Positions 58,439 through 64,000 of a DNA stretch of 64,000 bases are shown piece after piece. The notes under the pieces were generated by a model. The model saw only the letters and a program-made list of their open reading frames with translations, had not been told where the DNA came from and made no database searches. The DNA comes from Gemmatimonadales bacterium. GTDB taxonomy: Bacteria > Gemmatimonadota > Gemmatimonadetes > Gemmatimonadales > GWC2-71-9. The DNA is taken from the NCBI GenBank assembly GCA_036500345.1, contig DASYCE010000031.1:98728-162727 (forward strand). The letters run 5' to 3'. A program made the translations under genes and the position numbers. Each line of letters starts with the position of its first letter. The first letter of the stretch is position 1.

Positions 58439-60826
58439 ATGGTTTCTCAGGAGCACCACTTGAACGAAGATCGCGACACCCGCCCGCCCTATCTCTACGC
58501 GGCGCTGACCTTTCTGGTCATCTTCATCATCTACTGCTTCACGCTCTCCCCGACCACGGCGTTCTGGGATACCTCGGAGTACATCGCGGCGGCCAAGGTG
58601 CTCGGCATCCCGCATCCGCCGGGGAATCCGCTCTTCACGCTGATGGCGCACGTGTGGGGGATGATGCCGCTGGCGGGGAACTACGCCAAGCGGATCAACT
58701 ACTTCGCGGCGTTCACCAGCGCGGCGGGCGCCGGGTTCTGGTTTCTCGTCGCGGAGCGGTGGATGCGCGGGATCCTGCCGGCGCGCGGTCCGCGGATTGC
58801 CGCGGCGTTCGCCGGGATCTTCGCCAGCGCGATGGCGTGGACGGTGTGGAACCAGTCGACGGTGAACGAAAAGGTGTACACCGTCTCGATGCTCAGCATC
58901 GCGATGATCACCTGGTGCATGGTGCGGTGGGGCGATCTCGAGGATTCGCCGCGGCGCAACAACCTGCTCATCCTTGCGGCGTATCTCGGGGCGCTGACGT
59001 CCACTAACCACATGATGGGCGTCCTCGGTATCCCGATGATCGCCTTCTACGTGCTGTGGAGCTCACCGCGCCTCGCGATCCAGCCGTGGGTACTGCTGAT
59101 GGCGTGGGTGCTCCTCCTTGGCGTTTCGGGAATTCTCGGCGACTCCCTGGCAATTCTCACGCACGGTGGCGGATGGGGAAATTCGGCAGCCACCCTGACC
59201 TATCCGTCCAGCTCCGACTCGTCGTCGTTCACCGCGCTCACCCGCATCGGCGGGATGCTGATCATGGTGGCGCTCGCCGGCTGGGGGATCTACAAGGACC
59301 GGAAGAATCCGCTGCTCTACATCGGCGTCCTCGCGGTGCTGATCGGCTTCACGCTCAACTACATCTACCTCCCGATTCGCGCGGCGCAGCATCCATCGAT
59401 CAACGAAGGGGAGCCGACCGGATTCTTCTCGCAGGCGCTCAGCGACGTCATCAACCGGATCCAGTACGGCAAGGGCCCGGTCTCCCAGCGGATGTCGCCG
59501 TTCGGCGCGCAGCTCGGGATGTACTGGCACTACTGGAGCTGGCAGTGGGCCAAGGATATCGGCGGCTTCGCCAGCGCCGCGACCGGGATCTTCACGGCGC
59601 TCTGCGCCTGGGGACTCGGGATGCTCCTTGCCAAGGACAAGAAGAGCGGGACCGCCGCCGCGATCATGCTCGTCATCCTGACGCTGGCGCTGATCTACTA
59701 TCTCAACTTCCGCTACATGTACACCTATCCCGGCGTGTCGAACGACGACAAGGAGGTCCGTGAGCGCGACTACTTCTTCGTCGCGTCATTCGCCTTCGTC
59801 GGCGTCCTGATTGCGGCCGGATTTGCGGCGGCCATTCGAGCGACTGCCGAGTGGCTCGGCGGCCGGGTGAGCGAACAGAAACGATGGCTCGCCGGCACGC
59901 CGGTCCTGGCGCTGGCGCTGATCCCGCTCCTCGGCAATCGCGGCAGCGCTCCGCGCAACAAGGAGACGCTCGCGAGCGACTTCGCCGTCGACATGCTGCA
60001 GTCGGTCGACCCGTACGGAATCCTGATCACCGCTGGCGACAACGACACGTTCCCGCTCTGGTTTGCGCAGGAGGTCCTCGGTGTACGTCAGGACGTGACG
60101 CTCGCGAACCTGTCGCTGATGAATACCGATTGGCACCTGCATCAATTGGAACGGCGCGTCACCCCGCCGTTCAATCCCGCCGATGCACCACCGATCTGGC
60201 GACTCGGCACCGATTCCAACGGCGTCCCGCTGACCGGCGGAGCGCCCGAAGCCCATTGGGAGATGCCGCACGGGTCGGTCCTCAATGAATCGATCGGGAC
60301 CCTCGATTCGATTCCGGAGCTGAACCAGGTCAGCGGCGACTCGCTGACGATCGGCGCGATCGGGATGAAGCTCGGCACCACGACCCTGACCAAGAGCGAT
60401 ATCGCCACACTGCTCCTCATCAAGGACAACCTCGGGAAGCGGCCGATCTTCTTCTCGTGGAGTGACGGCAACTATCCCGACCAGACGTTCGGCCTGTCGA
60501 ACTACCTCGTCGGCCAGGGGATGGTGCGGAAGCTGATGACCGCGCCGGTAGTGGTGCATGGGCCGATCACGAACTCGGCGATCGGATTCGTGGACCTCCC
60601 CAAGTCCCGCACGCTGCTCTTCGACGTCTACCATCCGGAGGCTGCAGCACACGATCGTCCGCTCGGCTGGTTCGATCCGCCGTCGGCATCGATTCTCTGC
60701 CTCTACGAAATCGTCTACAGCGGGTTCGGACAGGCGCTGCTCCAGGCCGGCGACACCACGCACGCCGCCAAGGCCGAGTCGGTTGCCTCACGGGTGCAGC
60801 GGTCAATCAGCGGTCAATGCGCGTGA
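58439..60826 (+). CDS. DUF2723-family polytopic membrane protein (glycosyltransferase-like, TMEM260-type)
   Basis: 795 aa. FWDTSEYIAAAKVLGIPHPPGNPLF is the DUF2723 signature as I recall it. About 10 TM helices followed by a soluble C-terminal domain. Confidence 0.75.
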   Translation: MVSQEHHLNEDRDTRPPYLYAALTFLVIFIIYCFTLSPTTAFWDTSEYIAAAKVLGIPHPPGNPLFTLMAHVWGMMPLAGNYAKRINYFAAFTSAAGAGFWFLVAERWMRGILPARGPRIAAAFAGIFASAMAWTVWNQSTVNEKVYTVSMLSIAMITWCMVRWGDLEDSPRRNNLLILAAYLGALTSTNHMMGVLGIPMIAFYVLWSSPRLAIQPWVLLMAWVLLLGVSGILGDSLAILTHGGGWGNSAATLTYPSSSDSSSFTALTRIGGMLIMVALAGWGIYKDRKNPLLYIGVLAVLIGFTLNYIYLPIRAAQHPSINEGEPTGFFSQALSDVINRIQYGKGPVSQRMSPFGAQLGMYWHYWSWQWAKDIGGFASAATGIFTALCAWGLGMLLAKDKKSGTAAAIMLVILTLALIYYLNFRYMYTYPGVSNDDKEVRERDYFFVASFAFVGVLIAAGFAAAIRATAEWLGGRVSEQKRWLAGTPVLALALIPLLGNRGSAPRNKETLASDFAVDMLQSVDPYGILITAGDNDTFPLWFAQEVLGVRQDVTLANLSLMNTDWHLHQLERRVTPPFNPADAPPIWRLGTDSNGVPLTGGAPEAHWEMPHGSVLNESIGTLDSIPELNQVSGDSLTIGAIGMKLGTTTLTKSDIATLLLIKDNLGKRPIFFSWSDGNYPDQTFGLSNYLVGQGMVRKLMTAPVVVHGPITNSAIGFVDLPKSRTLLFDVYHPEAAAHDRPLGWFDPPSASILCLYEIVYSGFGQALLQAGDTTHAAKAESVASRVQRSISGQCA

Positions 60827-61881
60827 GGATCTCCTCGGCGTCGATGGCGATGGCGATGGCGGCCGCAATGCTCGTCGCCGCGAGCGGCAGCGGTCAGCAG
60901 CCACGCGTCACCGAACAGACGAGCGGCGTCCGTTCGCTGTTGCAGTCGGTCAGCGCGGTCAACGAAAAGGTCGCGTGGGCCGGCGGCGCGAACGGGACCG
61001 TCGTTCGCACCATTGATGGCGGCGATCACTGGGAGCGGCGGCCGATCGATGGTGCCGCGCGCCTGGAATTCCGGGGCATTCACGCGATCAGTGGCAACGA
61101 AGCGTGGGCGCTGAGTGCCGGGAACGGCGGCGCGTCGCGGATCTATCACACGACTGACGGCGGCGACCACTGGACGCTGCAGTTCACCAACACCGACTCC
61201 ACTGCATTCTTCGACTGCATCACCTTCTTTGATGCACGGCATGGCGCGGCGTACAGTGACGCGTCGCAGGGGCGCACAACGGTGCTGCGCACGGAAGACG
61301 CCGGCGCACACTGGATGCTGCTGCCGCAGAGCGCCGTTCCCGCGCCGCTCGCCGGCGAAGGCGGCTTTGCATCGAGCAACAGTTGCATCGTCAGCGTCGA
61401 CGGGCGGCACGGTTGGATCTCCGCCAGCGAGCCCGGCGCGCGGATCTTCCACACCGTCGACGCCGGAGCCACCTGGACGATCGCCGCGGCGTCCACTCCG
61501 TTCTTTCACAGCAGCACCGGCGGGATCACGGCGATCTCGTTCCGCGACGCCAAGCACGGGATCGGCGTTGCGGCGCGGGTCGATGCCGCGATGGCGCGCG
61601 ACACCACCTCCGCCAGCGTTGCCACTACCGATGACGGCGGCATGACCTGGACGTTGCGCACGCGGCCGCCGCGCGCGGGGTCGCTCTCGGGCGTGGCGCT
61701 CGTGCCGAAGGCCGGCGACAGGACCGCAGTTGTGGCGGGATATGGCGGACTGTTCGTGACCCGTGACAACGGCCAGACGTGGGATGTGGCGACGACGAAT
61801 GGCTATTGGGCGGTTCGCGCGGCAGGAAAGCGCGCATGGGCCGTTGGCCCCGGCGGCAGGATTACCCGGCTCGATTTCTGA
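60817..61881 (+). CDS. Secreted BNR/Asp-box repeat beta-propeller protein (Ycf48-like)
   Basis: 354 aa with a signal peptide. Six Asp-box-like motifs: TIDGGDHW, TTDGGDHW, TEDAGAHW, TVDAGATW, TDDGGMTW, TRDNGQTW. Confidence 0.7.
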   Translation: MRVRISSASMAMAMAAAMLVAASGSGQQPRVTEQTSGVRSLLQSVSAVNEKVAWAGGANGTVVRTIDGGDHWERRPIDGAARLEFRGIHAISGNEAWALSAGNGGASRIYHTTDGGDHWTLQFTNTDSTAFFDCITFFDARHGAAYSDASQGRTTVLRTEDAGAHWMLLPQSAVPAPLAGEGGFASSNSCIVSVDGRHGWISASEPGARIFHTVDAGATWTIAAASTPFFHSSTGGITAISFRDAKHGIGVAARVDAAMARDTTSASVATTDDGGMTWTLRTRPPRAGSLSGVALVPKAGDRTAVVAGYGGLFVTRDNGQTWDVATTNGYWAVRAAGKRAWAVGPGGRITRLDF

Positions 61882-62914
61882 GCAGGGTGCGCGCCAGCTT
61901 CACGTAGAGTTCCACACCTTCGAGCAGATCGCCGATCGGCATATGCTCGTGATCGGTGTGGGCGACGTGAATCGTCCCCGGGCCGAACTGGTAGCAGGTT
62001 CCCCACGATCCGTGATAGGCGAGATCCGAGGCGTACGCGACCGTCGTTGACGGCCAGCCGGGAAGTGCCGGTGCCGTTGCCATCGGAATCCCCCCGGCGA
62101 CCGTGACGTCGATCTGGTCGCCTGCCGCGGCGGTGATCGCCGCAACGATCGGTTCGGCCGGACCGACCAATCGAACATGAATATCTGCGCGCGCCGACGG
62201 GGCGATCACATTCGGGGCTTCGCCTCCGCTGATCCTGCCGATGTTCAGCGTGCAGGGGCCGAGGACCGGATCCACGGGGAGTGGGAGGGCGCGAATCCGT
62301 GCGAGTGCGTCAAGAAGGCGATTGATCGCCGAATCGCCAAGCTCGGGATAGCCGGAATGCGCCGCCCGTCCGCGCGCGCGCAGTACGACCTTGCAACTTC
62401 CCTTCTGCGCCGTGACGAGCTTGTTCTCTGTCGGCTCTCCGTTGATGAGAAACGACCCCTTCGGCTCCAGCGACGCCGCCGCGATCGCGCCCGCCGAGCC
62501 GTCTTCCTCGTCCACCACGAAGAGCAACCCGACGCGCTCTTCGCCCTCGGCCACCAGTTGCTCAGCGGCGGCAATCATCGCGGCGGCGATCCCCTTCGCA
62601 TCGCAGGCGCCGCGACCGCGAATCATCTCGGCGTCGACCGAGATCGGCAGCTGCGGCGGCACCGTATCGAGGTGCGTCGAGAAGACGACCACCGGTGCAC
62701 CGCGATGCGCGTAGACATTGTCGCGTCCCGGCGCCACTTCCTGACGCTGCACTCGCCACCCACGCCGCCCGAGAAACCAGGCGATGTATTCGACGACGTC
62801 GCCCTCGGAGCGGGTCTCCGACGGGATGGCCATGAGGTCGCGGGTGAGTGCGACCGGATCGATGATTGAATGGGTCACGCGAGAGAAGTTATCGAGGGGG
62901 CCGGTACAGCGCAT
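61862..62914 (-). CDS. M20-family metallopeptidase (ArgE/DapE-like deacylase)
   Basis: The 607-aa ORF-track entry trimmed to ATG at 62914 (GTG at 62878 is an alternative). LMAIPSETRSEG, STHLDTVPP, GRGACDAKG, DEEDGSAG, GEPTE, HSGYPELG. The upstream extension overlaps tRNA-Ser and is artefact. Confidence 0.8.
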   Translation of the reverse strand: MRCTGPLDNFSRVTHSIIDPVALTRDLMAIPSETRSEGDVVEYIAWFLGRRGWRVQRQEVAPGRDNVYAHRGAPVVVFSTHLDTVPPQLPISVDAEMIRGRGACDAKGIAAAMIAAAEQLVAEGEERVGLLFVVDEEDGSAGAIAAASLEPKGSFLINGEPTENKLVTAQKGSCKVVLRARGRAAHSGYPELGDSAINRLLDALARIRALPLPVDPVLGPCTLNIGRISGGEAPNVIAPSARADIHVRLVGPAEPIVAAITAAAGDQIDVTVAGGIPMATAPALPGWPSTTVAYASDLAYHGSWGTCYQFGPGTIHVAHTDHEHMPIGDLLEGVELYVKLARTLLRNRAG

Positions 62915-63013
62915 CGCCGGCCCTGACGGCGCTCTGACCCGTGCCGACTGCCGCGCCGAGGGCGTAACGACCAAGCTCAAGCAGTTGTCGGCGGGCTCAC
63001 ACCGGAGGGACCA

Positions 63014-63550
63014 ATGCTCAACCGGATGATCACGATCATCGCCATGGCCTTGTCGATCGGTGCGGCACACGCCGACGCTCAGACGGCGCCACCACCGGGA
63101 CCGCCGCCTGCGCCGTGCAAGGCGGACTCCAACGCGCGACGCTTCGACTTCTGGGTCGGCGAGTGGAATGTCACGCCGGCCAACGCCTCGGTCGTGGTGG
63201 GGCACAGCCAGATCCAGGTCATCAGCGGCGGCTGCGCGCTCCTCGAGAACTGGACAGCGACGAACGGCTCCGACGGCAAGAGCATCAACACCTACAACCC
63301 GCAGTTGCACCACTGGGAACAGTTCTGGGTCGGCTCCGGAGGAACGGTAACCGAGTATCGTGACAGTGAGTGGCGCGGCGACACGCTGGTCTACCTGGCG
63401 CGTTCGATGGGTCCGCCGGGCGGGATGCTGCAGCGCCTGAGCTTCGCGCCAGTTGATCGCAGCACCGTCAGGCAACTTGGCGAAATGTCGATGGATGGCG
63501 GGAAGAGCTGGACGGTGGGATACGACCTCCTTTACCACCGCGCGCAATAG
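63014..63550 (+). CDS. Hypothetical secreted protein
   Basis: 178 aa. Signal peptide MLNRMITIIAMALSIGAAHADAQ. Core FDFWVGEWNV...LLENWTA... No confident family. Confidence 0.55.
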   Translation: MLNRMITIIAMALSIGAAHADAQTAPPPGPPPAPCKADSNARRFDFWVGEWNVTPANASVVVGHSQIQVISGGCALLENWTATNGSDGKSINTYNPQLHHWEQFWVGSGGTVTEYRDSEWRGDTLVYLARSMGPPGGMLQRLSFAPVDRSTVRQLGEMSMDGGKSWTVGYDLLYHRAQ

Positions 63551-63606
63551 CCATTCTTCCGTCCCCCTTCCCGAGCCAACTACCCCCTCCGTAGGTTTCA
63601 GGACGG

Positions 63607-63693
63607 GGCGTGGTGGCAGAGCGGTCGATTGCACCGGTCTTGAAAACCGGCAGGCCTTCACGGGCCTCGTGAGTTCGAATCTCACCCGCGCCG
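63607..63693 (+). tRNA. tRNA-Ser (anticodon TGA), long variable arm, no encoded CCA
   Basis: GGCGTGG TG GCA GAGCGGTCGAT TGC A CCGGT CTTGAAA ACCGG CAGGCCTTCACGGGCCTC GTGAG TTCGAAT CTCAC CCGCGCC G. The acceptor pairs 7/7 (one G-U). The anticodon lies at 63641..63643. The class II variable arm is typical of tRNA-Ser. Confidence 0.85.
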
Positions 63694-63729
63694 TGCCATT
63701 TCGCGTTTCTCAAACCGAGGTGATGACCG

Positions 63730-64000
63730 ATGCGCCGCATCCTCGCAGGCTCGATTCTCTCGCTCTTCTCTGCCCTTCCCCTGGCGGCCCAGTTTGAGGG
63801 GTCCGTCGTGATGGACATGCCCGGCAGCGCGGCAGGCGGGCAGATGACCTACTACATCAAGGGGAGCATGCTCGCCGCGAAGTTCTCGATGAATGGCGGC
63901 GGTGCGGTGCACGAAGGGCGGATGATCTTCGACATCCCCAATCACAAGATGACGGTGCTGGTACCCATGGCGATGAACGGCATGAAGGGGATGAAGATGG
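63730..64000 (+). CDS. Hypothetical secreted protein, 3'-truncated by the window edge (DUF4412-like, tentative)
   Basis: Not in the ORF track because no stop lies inside the window. My translation from ATG 63730: MRRILAGSILSLFSALPLAAQFEGSVVMDMPGSAAGGQMTYYIKGSMLAAKFSMNGGGAVHEGRMIFDIPNHKMTVLVPMAMNGMKGMKM... Confidence 0.5.
   Translation, partial: MRRILAGSILSLFSALPLAAQFEGSVVMDMPGSAAGGQMTYYIKGSMLAAKFSMNGGGAVHEGRMIFDIPNHKMTVLVPMAMNGMKGMKM

Overview
64-kb, high-G+C bacterial chromosomal window. About 70% G+C in hand-counted housekeeping lines. The gene content (many 6-bladed beta-propeller lipoproteins, a Ser/Thr kinase with TPR tail, DUF2723) suggests a Gemmatimonadota/Acidobacteriota-like organism, but this is a guess. 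The backbone is housekeeping: eno-ftsB, cfa, thiL, nnr, glyA, rpiB, leucine dehydrogenase/hbd/thiolase, thrS, valS, purN/purH. There is also an imuA-imuB-dnaE2 mutagenesis cassette next to mug. Envelope functions include an MFP/RND/RND/TolC efflux operon, an ECF sigma/anti-sigma module and a giant secreted nuclease. Two tRNAs are present, Met-CAU and Ser-UGA. The accessory content lies between about 14.7 and 29.6 kb. (1) A low-GC islet abuts tRNA-Met and carries a cNMP-binding/TIR-like effector plus a minimal class III nucleotidyl cyclase (Pycsar-like defence logic). (2) Two cassettes each place a strongly SD-led, signal-peptide-bearing six-cysteine mini-protein immediately upstream of a 6-bladed beta-propeller lipoprotein, one of them behind a CxxC thioredoxin-like gene. 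(3) An array of about 30 units with strict 21-bp periodicity is spanned by no single reading frame. (4) Two paralogous small proteins in inverted orientation bracket this region. Many long ORF-track entries are high-GC artefacts or 5'-overextended, and I trimmed them to plausible starts. All family assignments come from motif recognition by eye, with no database search.
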